Shown one piece after another: positions 18,676 through 28,005 of a stretch of 64,000 nt of DNA. Every line of letters starts with the position of its first letter. Position 1 is the stretch's first letter. This DNA is from Candidatus Latescibacterota bacterium (GTDB lineage: Bacteria > Latescibacterota > UBA2968 > UBA8231): the NCBI GenBank assembly GCA_965200315.1, contig OZ241362.1, positions 1,472,001 to 1,536,000 of the forward strand, given 5' to 3'. A program made the position numbers and the translations under genes. The notes below the pieces were generated by a model. It worked only from the letters and a program-made list of their open reading frames with translations, was not told the origin of the DNA and made no database searches.

Positions 18676-20235
18676 TCAAGTAACGCCGCACTCATAAGGC
18701 CCTAAGTCCGGGTCGGTGTTGTGAACGCCGCGATAGGTGCTCTTGCCGCGCAGGTAACGCACCTCTAGTTCCAAGTCTCGCACATAGATGAGCGGCGTAG
18801 CTTCTGGGTCGCGCTCGTGCAGAGAGACCTCCACGACGTTGGTTCCCCGCACCGGCCAATGGGCCTCGTCCAACCGGAAGACAAACCAGTAACTCGAATG
18901 CGAGCGGTAGCGTGGCGCAGTCATCTGATAGATGTGGTCGATCTTGCGCGTGATATGCGCTGGCAGCTCGCTGCCGTTCAGCTTGAAGCTGAGGCGGTCG
19001 CGGTCGGTAGCGCGCATCAGCCGTAGCCGCAAAATCACCTCGTGAACTCGGCCCGCTGCGCCCCAGCGCGGCAGATCGTCGCTGATGGGCAGGTCTAGCG
19101 CTATGGGTTGGTCTAGCGACAGCGGGGCCGGTAGCTGCATGACGAGTCCCGGCTCGGTCTTCGGCTGTGCGGCTGAACGCCCGGTGGGCGTGGGGATCGC
19201 GTAGATTTTGTCTTTGACCGCCATCACGTCCGGGTGCGGCAACTCGCGGAGCTGCTCGTAGAAGGACGGTCCGTACGGCCAGTTGCCGGCCCAATGGACC
19301 AAATTCAGCCCATCGACGCCCTGCGCCCAGTAGTTGGTCGCGGCGGCGCGCACCATGGCGCTGGGGGCCGCGCCCAGCCGGTCCGAATCCACGTTGTTGC
19401 GGATGACGCCGTGAACCCGGCAATCCGCGTCTTGGGCCGCTGCGATTAGGGGCCGGAAATCCGCGGTCGCGTCAAGCAGGGACATGGACGCGAAGTTTTC
19501 CGCGACCAAGACATCGGCAATTCCCTCGCGGATCCACGTTTCGGGATCCAAGCCAATGGACCGGCACCCGGCGATACTGCTGGGGATGCGCAGGGCTAGC
19601 TCGCGGTCCGGGCCGCTTTGCTTGACGGCCTCGCGGACGCGCTGGAGCCAGTCGGTAAAGATCGCCCGGCCGCGCTCTATGCAGTCGGGGTGAAAAAAGG
19701 CACCGCCAGCGTAGTGATTGAGGTTGAGTTCAAAGCCATCCACCGGATAGTTTTGCAGGGTTTCCTCAATCAAGGCAAAGCGCATTTTGCGGACTTCTGG
19801 TCGCGCAAAATCGGCCAACTGGGTATCGCCGATCCGCAAGCCCTCGCCTAAGTCGGCCTGCACCTGGAGAGAGGGATAGATCAACAGCCCCTTGGCCTGT
19901 GCGCGGTCGCAGACGATGTGCAGCAAATCGCGGCCCTCGGCAATGAGTTGTTGGGCATTGCGATAGGCGCGCTGGAAGACGAGGTGCTCCCAGTGATGGT
20001 CGTCCTCCGGCCGGAACTGAGCGGTAGCCGCTGTCTCTGGTCCCCAGTGATCGGCCACTTGGGTGTCGTGCAAAAAGGCGTTGCCAAAGCCGAGGTTGAA
20101 AACCAATGCCTCAATCGGCGTTCCCAACAGCTCATCAACCGCAGCCTCGCACCCCTCTTGCGCGACGGGTGGCTCGCACATGTAGAGCAAGGTGTGGCGC
20201 GAGTCGTTTTCAAACATCAGGCGGGGTTTGGGCAT
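18676..20235 (-). CDS. putative glycoside-hydrolase-like (GHL10/DUF187-type) TIM-barrel protein
   Basis: LMFENDSRH, DFARPEVR, YPVDGFEL, W..GVDGL; C-terminal beta domain. Confidence 0.6.
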   Translation of the reverse strand: MPKPRLMFENDSRHTLLYMCEPPVAQEGCEAAVDELLGTPIEALVFNLGFGNAFLHDTQVADHWGPETAATAQFRPEDDHHWEHLVFQRAYRNAQQLIAEGRDLLHIVCDRAQAKGLLIYPSLQVQADLGEGLRIGDTQLADFARPEVRKMRFALIEETLQNYPVDGFELNLNHYAGGAFFHPDCIERGRAIFTDWLQRVREAVKQSGPDRELALRIPSSIAGCRSIGLDPETWIREGIADVLVAENFASMSLLDATADFRPLIAAAQDADCRVHGVIRNNVDSDRLGAAPSAMVRAAATNYWAQGVDGLNLVHWAGNWPYGPSFYEQLRELPHPDVMAVKDKIYAIPTPTGRSAAQPKTEPGLVMQLPAPLSLDQPIALDLPISDDLPRWGAAGRVHEVILRLRLMRATDRDRLSFKLNGSELPAHITRKIDHIYQMTAPRYRSHSSYWFVFRLDEAHWPVRGTNVVEVSLHERDPEATPLIYVRDLELEVRYLRGKSTYRGVHNTDPDLGPYECGVT

Positions 20236-20324
20236 GTGTGCGTCCTCCGCGCATTACAATTTGGTGCGAAAAACCTAAAACCGTATTATTCCCCCGGTCA
20301 ATCGCCTCGCCCCGAGAGGTCCCC

Positions 20325-21413
20325 ATGATCGAACTCCGCGCCACCGGCCTCATCTACCGAGACTCTACGCTCCATGCTTGGCACCCCACCCTAGCGGTGT
20401 TGCCCAACGGCGACCTATTGGCCGCCTACGACTTGGGCAAAACCATCGGTGCTCTTGATTATTGCACCTATCTTGCGCGCTCGACCGATGGCGGGCGGGC
20501 GTGGAGCGAGCCGGTGGCCTTTTTCACGGATCCCGTTGCCGCGCCCGCCCGCCGCACCGTCCGCATCAGCACCCTAGCCGACGGAACCTTGATCGGCGCG
20601 GGCCGACGCAGCTATTGCCACCACCCCGAGACCAGCGGCTGGAATCCGCAGACGTACGGCGTAGAGCAAGGCGATTGGTTCGTGCTCCGCAGCCGCGACG
20701 GGCTCCACTGGCAAGGGCCACAGAAAATCGAGCCGCCACTAGCTGGTCCCTACGAAGTCTGCCACGCCTTTGTCGAGACCGGCGACGGCCGGTTGCTCCT
20801 GCCCACGGGCCTGTTGCGGACTTGGGAAGGAGACGCGCCCGACGGACTCAAGGCTCTAACGTTGGTCTCTGACGACCAAGGCCAGACTTGGGCCAAATAT
20901 ATCGAGCTGTTCGCCGATCCCCAAGGCGCGGTGATCTACCACGAAGTCAGTCTCGTGGAACTGACGGGCGGGCGGCTCCTCGCGGTGGCTTGGCCCTTTA
21001 ACTCGGCGGTAGGTAAAACCCTGACGGAGGTGCCTTACGCGATAGCACCAGACGGCAAGACATTCAGCGTCCGCGGCTCGACCAGGATCGCCGGCGAGAC
21101 GACCAAGTTGCTGCACTTGGGTGGCGGTCGGGTCCTGTGCCTGACGCGCCGCACCGACGTGGCTGGCCTGTGGGCGATGCTCGCGCAGATACAAGGCGAC
21201 GCGTGGGTCCAGCTCGCAGAGGCCCCCCTGTGGCAAGGCGCGGCGTCGCGGATGCAGGGCGAGCGGGACGCGGCTACCGAGCTGGCCGAACTCCACTTTG
21301 GCTTTCCCAGCCTCTTGCGCCTGCCCGATGGCGACGTGCTGGCGGCCTTCTGGTGTCGCGAAGACCATATTCACAACATCCGCTGGCTGCGGATTAGCGT
21401 AAAGAATCACTAG
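20325..21413 (+). CDS. sialidase-like BNR-repeat beta-propeller protein
   Basis: Asp-boxes STDGGRAW and SDDQGQTW; GFP near the C-terminus. Confidence 0.8.
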   Translation: MIELRATGLIYRDSTLHAWHPTLAVLPNGDLLAAYDLGKTIGALDYCTYLARSTDGGRAWSEPVAFFTDPVAAPARRTVRISTLADGTLIGAGRRSYCHHPETSGWNPQTYGVEQGDWFVLRSRDGLHWQGPQKIEPPLAGPYEVCHAFVETGDGRLLLPTGLLRTWEGDAPDGLKALTLVSDDQGQTWAKYIELFADPQGAVIYHEVSLVELTGGRLLAVAWPFNSAVGKTLTEVPYAIAPDGKTFSVRGSTRIAGETTKLLHLGGGRVLCLTRRTDVAGLWAMLAQIQGDAWVQLAEAPLWQGAASRMQGERDAATELAELHFGFPSLLRLPDGDVLAAFWCREDHIHNIRWLRISVKNH

Positions 21414-21422
21414 GAGAGCACC

Positions 21423-22912
21423 ATGCACATCGGCGACCAATGGATGCAGTTGCACAGCCGCGACAAAGCTCTCAATCAGGCGTTCGCTCGGCCCTTTCCG
21501 GTCGGCGTCGAATACTACCGCCCACCCGTGCCACCGCCTGAGTACTGGGCCGAGGACTTTCGCCGGATTAGCACCGCTGGTATGAGCATCGTCCGCGTCT
21601 GGTACTCTTGGGACTGGGTCGATACCCTGCCCAACCACTACGAGTTCGACGATCACGGCCTAAAGGTCTGGGTCGATACCCCGCTAGGCACCCACATGGC
21701 CTGCCCGGCTTGGATGTTGCGCTCCCACCCGGACATGCGAGTCGTCCGCCGCGACGGCCGTGTGCAACAAAACACGACCGGCGCGTTCGCCGCACACGGA
21801 GCGATGATCCACAATTTCGACCACCCGATGTGGCGGGTTTACGTCGAGCACTATCTGCGCCAATTCGTGCCGCGCTACAAAGACCACCAAGCCTTGGGGG
21901 TCTGGGGCACTTGGGACGGCATTGGCTACGCCGGCGCGTGGACGGCTAACCCTGATCAAGGGCGGTGCCGGGGCCATGTTCTGGCAGTACCGACCAGAGT
22001 ACATGACCTACGAAGCACCCGGACTCAATATAGCTGCACTCGACGGCGAGCCGACCGAGCGACTTCACGCGGCAACCGAGACCATCGTCCAGATCGACCG
22101 CATCGCCGCCCACCTGCCGCTGGCCATTCCACGCGCCGATGTGGCCATTGCCTACAGTGGACCAAGCGACGACGCATTTGATTTTAACGACCAGGGCGTC
22201 CAGTTCATCCAGCACCACCGGGCGCTCTACCGCGCCCTGTGGGCACAAAGCGTCTCACCTCGTAGCCGACGGCTACTTTGGTACCTTTGCCGGCAAGGGC
22301 CACTGGAGTTTCAAGCCGCCCGAGGGCCTCAGCGATCTCATCGACTGCCGGAGCGCCGATTTTGATGTCGTCGCTGATTTCGATGTCCAGGCTGGCAAAA
22401 ACATCGTGCAGATGGAGTGTGGCACCTTTGCCCTGCCGGCGGGGACGACCTATTCAATCCTAGAAGCCCAAGGTGCCACGGCGCCCATCGCTACCATCGG
22501 CGACGAGGTGGTCGGGGTGCGCTCAGCCGCCGGGCGCTTCACTTGGTACGGGTTTGCGCTCTCGGCTACAGCTTCGTCGCAAGTGCCCGGGCAACCGGGG
22601 TCACCCGCGCCAGTGGGGCTGGTCCACGATGAGGTAGCGATCGCACTGCTGGCGACCGCGGGCGTCGAGCCGTGGTTTGCGCTTACTGGCGATCGCATCG
22701 TCGCCTTTCGCCGCCACTTTCGGCAGGGCGGGTCGCTGATCTTCGCGCTCAACTTAGAACGGCGCACAGCGCGGACGCGGGTGCAGCCACGCTGGCCGAT
22801 AAAATCGGCCCGAGACCTGCTAGGCGAACGAGATCTCGCGCTCTGCGACGGAGCCTTTGAGCTGACGCTAGCGTTTGGCGAGGTGGCGGTGATACACTGT
22901 GCGGATCGCTGA
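21423..22912 (+). pseudogene. GH42-like beta-galactosidase, frameshifted and deleted
   Basis: GVEYYRPP.P...W.ED...SW..V N-terminus. FWQYRPE...EAPG lies in a second frame (from about 21950) and the C-terminus in a third frame (from about 22255). Confidence 0.7.
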
Positions 22913-22937
22913 TCGTCTTGGAGCGCAAGAGCGAACG

Positions 22938-22990
22938 ATGCAATTGAGCCAAGCTCGATTCTTGGAAGAAGGGTTTTTGGTCCCGCCCGG
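22938..22990 (+). pseudogene. possible 5' remnant of a PhyH-family gene
   Basis: MQLSQARFLEEGFLV resembles the PhyH N-terminal F.E.GY/FLV motif, then similarity is lost. Confidence 0.35.
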
Positions 22991-23034
22991 CACAGATCAG
23001 AGAATGATCGAGCACCGCCGAGAGAGCAAGCCGC

Positions 23035-23931
23035 TCAGAGGGGATTTATCAGCCCGATGGCATCCAAGACGGCCCCGATCTTTTCCACTTCCTCGTCTGT
23101 GGCCGTGACCATAGGCGGACGCAACCAGCGCGAGGCAATGCCATTGAGTTCGAGCGCGGTGCGCCACACAGCCTGACCGCCGCCTACCACATCTGTGGCC
23201 ACTCCCCAGAAGGGTTCTTCGATTTGGGCGATGATGGTCTGGGCCGTTTTGGCGTCGCCGTCTTGGAAGGCCCGCCAGTAGCTTTGTGCTATATGGGGAG
23301 CAAACGAAGATGGATAGCAAAAAAAGGCGCGGATGCCGCAGGGCCATTGTGCAAAATTGCGCCATAGGCCCCCGCCGGTCATGAACTTCCACCGATCGCC
23401 ATAGCGATGCACAGTCGCCTTTGCGTATTCGAGTGTACCGTCTTCTTTGAAGGTGCAGATGTTGGGCGCGTCGAGTAGCGCGTCGAGAATTTCATAGGGA
23501 GGACACCCCACCAACATCAGGGGCATGACTTGGGCTACTTTGCGATATTGGATGACCTTGCCTTGCGGCTGGGCTTGTTCCGACGGCAGCACCATCAGCA
23601 CGTCGGCTCCCCAACTACGGCAATACTCGGCGAACTGGACCGCCCGATCGTCTGGCCAGCGCCGAGTAGCCGCTACCGTCAATGCCCGTCCGGCAACCCG
23701 GTCGACCAAAAAGCGGGTGAGCTGGGCGACTTCTTCATCGCTGAGGAACTCGAACTGGCTATCCCCGTAGGTCAGCAAGCTGACCTTGCTGCCGCTCGAG
23801 ATGCCGATGTCGATTACGCGGCCGATGCCCTCCCAGTCTAGCTGGCCGTTGGGCAGAAATGTGGTGGGGATGGAGTTGACCGGACCTTCGAGTACATTTT
23901 TGATCTCGTCCGGCTTCTTGACTGATGGCAT
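23035..23931 (-). CDS. dihydrodipicolinate synthase (DapA/NanA) family aldolase
   Basis: PTTF..NGQLD, F..LSDEE, GADVLMVLP, NI..FKED; AAAGGA RBS. Confidence 0.8.
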   Translation of the reverse strand: MPSVKKPDEIKNVLEGPVNSIPTTFLPNGQLDWEGIGRVIDIGISSGSKVSLLTYGDSQFEFLSDEEVAQLTRFLVDRVAGRALTVAATRRWPDDRAVQFAEYCRSWGADVLMVLPSEQAQPQGKVIQYRKVAQVMPLMLVGCPPYEILDALLDAPNICTFKEDGTLEYAKATVHRYGDRWKFMTGGGLWRNFAQWPCGIRAFFCYPSSFAPHIAQSYWRAFQDGDAKTAQTIIAQIEEPFWGVATDVVGGGQAVWRTALELNGIASRWLRPPMVTATDEEVEKIGAVLDAIGLINPL

Positions 23932-24084
23932 TGACGCATTCCTTTCGCGAATAAATGTAGAGGAAAACACCAGCGCCCTCCAGCCTAAGACTTCCCAATC
24001 AGGCATTGCTCAGAGCACCGCGAGACACCAAATTATGGATGGCCTCGTGCCGCTTGCGTCATGCCACCCAACGTTTAACGAAAC

Positions 24085-25368
24085 ATGAACGCTGATTCGC
24101 TCGAAATACAACCCCTGCAAAAACCTCTCGACGCCGAAGTCTCCGTTCCCGGGTCCAAAAGCTATACCAACCGGGCGCTGCTGGTCGCGGCACTAGCCAA
24201 CGGAGAATCGCACCTTACGGGCGCACTCTTTAGCGACGACACCGACTACATGGTCCAAGCATTGTGCAAACTCGGCGTCTTTATAGAGGCCGATCCAAAG
24301 GCCGCTAGCTTTGTGGTCGCAGGCAATGGCGGACGGATTCCCGTCGATGGTGCCGAGCTGTACATCGGCAATTCGGGCACCACTTCACGGTCGATCACAA
24401 GCTATGTCGCGCTCGGCAATGGAACCTTTGTCATCGACGGCGACGCGCCCATGCGCCATAGCCGACCGATGGCCGATCTGCTCGACGCACTTGGCCAGCT
24501 CGGTATCGACGCTCGCTCGCGCAATGGATGCCTACCCATAGAGGTGCAAGCCAAGGGGTTCAGAGGTGGAAAAACCCGGCTCGACGCCAGCAAGAGCAGC
24601 CAGTTCCTCACTTCGCTGCTGCTCGTCGCTCCCTACGCCGCCAACGGCTTGGAAATCGAAATGGTCAGCGAGTTCAAGACCGAATATATCGACATTACTA
24701 TGGCGGTAATGCAGGCATTTGGAATCGAGGTCGAGCACGACGAGTACCGGCGCTTTCGCGTCGCTGGTAGCCAATGCTATACGCCCCGTACCTACGCCAT
24801 TGAGCCGGATGCTTCCAACGCCTCGTACTTCTTTGCCGCCGCTGCGCTCACCGGCGGTCGGGTACGCGTAGCCGACATTGCCGCCAACTCAGCCCAAGGC
24901 GATATCCACTTCGTCGATGTGCTCGAGAAAATGGGCTGCACGGTCAACCGCTACGCCCGCGGAGTTGAGGTGATCGGGCCGGATCAACTCAGGGGAATCG
25001 ACGTCGATATGAAGGCCATATCAGATACCTCGCTGACGCTAGCTGCGATCGCGCCCTTTGCCAAGAATCCTGTGCGGCTCCGCAACATCGAGCACACGCG
25101 CTGGCAGGAGACCGACCGGATTGCCGCTATGGTCGCCCAATTGCGTCGGCTCGACGTAGCAGTAGAAGAACACAGAGATGGCGTTACGATCGCGCCGTCT
25201 AAGCCCAAAAGCAGCAGCATAGATACCTATAAGGATCACCGAGTAGCTATGAGTTTTGCTCTAGTCGGATTGCGAGTGCCCGGAATCCACATCAACGACC
25301 CAGGATGCGTCGGCAAAACTTTTCCGACATACTTCGACGTCTGGGATCAGATAAGAAGCTCGGCGTGA
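24085..25368 (+). CDS. aroA: 3-phosphoshikimate 1-carboxyvinyltransferase (EPSP synthase)
   Basis: PGSKSYTNR, GNSGTT, SSQF, ETDRI, DHRVAM, KTFP. Confidence 0.97.
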   Translation: MNADSLEIQPLQKPLDAEVSVPGSKSYTNRALLVAALANGESHLTGALFSDDTDYMVQALCKLGVFIEADPKAASFVVAGNGGRIPVDGAELYIGNSGTTSRSITSYVALGNGTFVIDGDAPMRHSRPMADLLDALGQLGIDARSRNGCLPIEVQAKGFRGGKTRLDASKSSQFLTSLLLVAPYAANGLEIEMVSEFKTEYIDITMAVMQAFGIEVEHDEYRRFRVAGSQCYTPRTYAIEPDASNASYFFAAAALTGGRVRVADIAANSAQGDIHFVDVLEKMGCTVNRYARGVEVIGPDQLRGIDVDMKAISDTSLTLAAIAPFAKNPVRLRNIEHTRWQETDRIAAMVAQLRRLDVAVEEHRDGVTIAPSKPKSSSIDTYKDHRVAMSFALVGLRVPGIHINDPGCVGKTFPTYFDVWDQIRSSA

Positions 25369-25385
25369 GCGGAAGGGAACGGTCG

Positions 25386-25425
25386 AAACAAAGATGCCCT
25401 ATCGGTCGCTTACCGATAGGGCATC
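25386..25425 (-). terminator. intrinsic terminator ending the minus-strand envelope operon
   Basis: 14-bp perfect stem GATGCCCTATCGGT/ACCGATAGGGCATC, with TTTGTTT on the minus strand. Confidence 0.8.
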
Positions 25426-25450
25426 CAAGCTTCTTGCTGCTTGAAGGTGC

Positions 25451-26830
25451 TTATTGAGTAAACTGGGTCACGTTGGCGATGCCGCCCGGCTGAGTCAACG
25501 CATAGACGATTAGGTTGACCCCGAACTGCAACCCGCGCTCTCGTGCATCAGCCAGCGGATCGCCCCAGTACCAGCTAATATTTAGGTCGCTGAAGACCAC
25601 CGCAACCCGACCGCGTAGTTCCAACATCTCCAAATCGAACACATTGCCAGCCGGTGCGCCGCCCATCGGCGGACCATCGGGAAAATCCCAGAAGCTATAG
25701 TAAAGATCGTGGCTCTTGGGCACTTTCTGCCACTTGGAGCCGTCGCTACCCTTGGTTATTATTTTTTTTAGCACCAGCGGATCTTTCATCAGGGCCTTAA
25801 ACTGGCGGTCAAACGGCGTACCCGAAACCCCGGCTTCTTTGCCCTCGAGTCCGTTCTCAGCGTCGCTTTGGCGAATTTCCTCAGCATAGAGAAAACCACC
25901 ATTCTTGAGATAGTCGCCTAGGTTGGTTTTCTCTGTATCGCTGATTTGCAAAACAGCATCGTTGCCCGTCACATAAATCATAGGGGCGTCCATAATGCGC
26001 GGATCCGAAAACTCCAAGGTCGTGCCCTCAATGCGGGCATTAATTTGGGTATGGTCGCGCATATAGCGCATCAACTCCTCTACCGCAGTTGGGAATCGAT
26101 CGCTGTTCTTGTCTGCGATATCGTAGTCAATGACTGTCATGTTAAAGAAGCCGCGGATATTGCGTTTATTGTCGGGATCATGAATCAAGATCGCTTGATA
26201 GCGGCCGATGTCTAAGTCGCCGACATTGAGCAATTCGTGCCTCAGGCTCAGAGCCTCTTGCACTGGTGCCGACGTTTCCGCCAGTTCGATCATCGCGACC
26301 TCGTCGAAGGCCAACTCTTCGGGCTTGGCACCTGAAAAGGCACCCAAGACCTGCGTACCGGGTAAAACCGAACTCAAGAGGTCGCTACCTACCGCGCTTA
26401 CATCGGCTATCGCCGATATATCCTGTGGCAAATCCGGTGGTGCCATCGATTGTAGCATCTCCATCTGCACTTCGGATATCTCGGGTCGCTTGGCTAAGTC
26501 GAAGTTCTTTTCGAGAATTGGCGGAGGAGCGCGGAAAATGATTAGCTGCTCTTTTGCTTCTTCTTCGCCAATGCCAAATAGATAATCGTAAACGAAGACG
26601 CCAGCGTGGATGGCTACCGAGAGGAAAAAGGCCACTCCCATGCTCATCCGGCGGCCAGTGGTAGCCGTATATAGGGCGTATAACAGTACCCCAACACCCG
26701 CCAAACCGGCGGCGATTACCACCCACTTGGACAGGATGAAAAGGACGTGAATGAGAAAGGCCGCGCCGACAGCCATATAGGCCGTTTTTTGGCGCTGGGC
26801 CTGTACTGCTTTTTTATACTCGTCTACCAC
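25451..26830 (-). CDS. DUF4159-domain protein with N-terminal TM helices (TonB-like SxxxH)
   Basis: C-terminal P.IY.TG...L.DYL.NGGFLY...GVNLIVYALT; TM helix LSVAIHAG; follows exbBD. Confidence 0.75.
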   Translation of the reverse strand: MVDEYKKAVQAQRQKTAYMAVGAAFLIHVLFILSKWVVIAAGLAGVGVLLYALYTATTGRRMSMGVAFFLSVAIHAGVFVYDYLFGIGEEEAKEQLIIFRAPPPILEKNFDLAKRPEISEVQMEMLQSMAPPDLPQDISAIADVSAVGSDLLSSVLPGTQVLGAFSGAKPEELAFDEVAMIELAETSAPVQEALSLRHELLNVGDLDIGRYQAILIHDPDNKRNIRGFFNMTVIDYDIADKNSDRFPTAVEELMRYMRDHTQINARIEGTTLEFSDPRIMDAPMIYVTGNDAVLQISDTEKTNLGDYLKNGGFLYAEEIRQSDAENGLEGKEAGVSGTPFDRQFKALMKDPLVLKKIITKGSDGSKWQKVPKSHDLYYSFWDFPDGPPMGGAPAGNVFDLEMLELRGRVAVVFSDLNISWYWGDPLADARERGLQFGVNLIVYALTQPGGIANVTQFTQ

Positions 26831-26867
26831 AGTCTTTCTCCCTCTTGGAAGGGCCTAGAAACCTCAT

Positions 26868-27275
26868 TCAGTTACGCTGCGGTTCCGTGGCGATGACCTG
26901 ATCAATGACACCCACTTGACGAGCAATGTCCATGATTTGGACGATTTGACCGTGCGTGGAGCGCTCGTCTCCTTGGATGATAATCATCGTGGTGTTGTCC
27001 AACAGCTGTCTCTTCGCTTGCAATTCCTCTTTGAGAGTTGCAAAGGTCACCGACTTGTGGTTCAGCTTCATATTACCGTCTTGGTCCACGACAATAAAAA
27101 GGTTCTCCTTTTCCGGAGCCTGGGCCTCTTCGGCCTCGGGCAATTTAATATCCAAACCCGGAGTAATGGCGAACACAGCGGTTACCATAAAGAAGATGAG
27201 TAGCTGAAAGACCACGTCAATCATCGGAGTCAGATCGGGCATAGTCAGCTCTTTTTTTTCTACTCTCTCAGCCAT
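26868..27275 (-). CDS. exbD: ExbD/TolR family protein
   Basis: LTPMIDVVFQLLIFFM with conserved Asp; IQGD...G.IV.IMD. Confidence 0.9.
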   Translation of the reverse strand: MAERVEKKELTMPDLTPMIDVVFQLLIFFMVTAVFAITPGLDIKLPEAEEAQAPEKENLFIVVDQDGNMKLNHKSVTFATLKEELQAKRQLLDNTTMIIIQGDERSTHGQIVQIMDIARQVGVIDQVIATEPQRN

Positions 27276-27304
27276 CTATCTCATGCCTCCTAAAAAGAGC
27301 CGCC

Positions 27305-27958
27305 TTAGGCAGCTTGCGTACCTTGCCAACGACGTAGCAGGGCGTCCACAAAACCGTGGCCATAGGCTTCAAACTCAACAGACTTGCCCGTGGCGCGGTT
27401 GCTAAAGTATGTGAAGATCGCGATTGAAGGCACGGCGATCACCAGACCGGTAACTGTAGTGATCAGCGCTTCGGAAATACCTGCGGCGACGATCGTCGGC
27501 TCACCAAGCCCCTTTTCCGCAATACCTTCAAACGCGTTGATCATACCGTTGACCGTGCCCAGCAGGCCGAGCAACACCACGGACTTGGACACGAAGTCAA
27601 TAACGGCTAGATACCGTTCAAGATACGCCAAGGCGGCGCGTTCAACCGTGCCGTTCATTTCCTCGCGCATTTCCTCCATCGTGCGTTGCTCACGCGACAA
27701 GTGTTCAAAGCGCTCAATCCCCTCGCCGTACACCTCGCCTTCTAGCTTGCCAACCTCGGCACAGTATTCCTTGAGTTGGTCAATGGAAGCACCCGAGTCT
27801 ATACGTGCGTTGATGTCATTGGTGACTTCGGCCAATTCGTCCTCAGAGCGCAGCCGTGCATACGTATAAATGCGCTCGAGAAAAAACGCAATGGAAAGCA
27901 TAGACCAGAGCCCCAAAGGATACATAAAAGGTCCACCTTCGCGAAAAAGTTCAATCAT
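27305..27958 (-). CDS. exbB: MotA/TolQ/ExbB proton channel family protein
   Basis: GG.FMYPL, LLGLLGTV.GMI.AF, AGISEALITT..GL. Confidence 0.9.
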   Translation of the reverse strand: MIELFREGGPFMYPLGLWSMLSIAFFLERIYTYARLRSEDELAEVTNDINARIDSGASIDQLKEYCAEVGKLEGEVYGEGIERFEHLSREQRTMEEMREEMNGTVERAALAYLERYLAVIDFVSKSVVLLGLLGTVNGMINAFEGIAEKGLGEPTIVAAGISEALITTVTGLVIAVPSIAIFTYFSNRATGKSVEFEAYGHGFVDALLRRWQGTQAA

Positions 27959-28005
27959 TTTCTTTTTCCCTCCTTAAGGAAGTTAGGACGCAAAAAAAGC
28001 AAACG

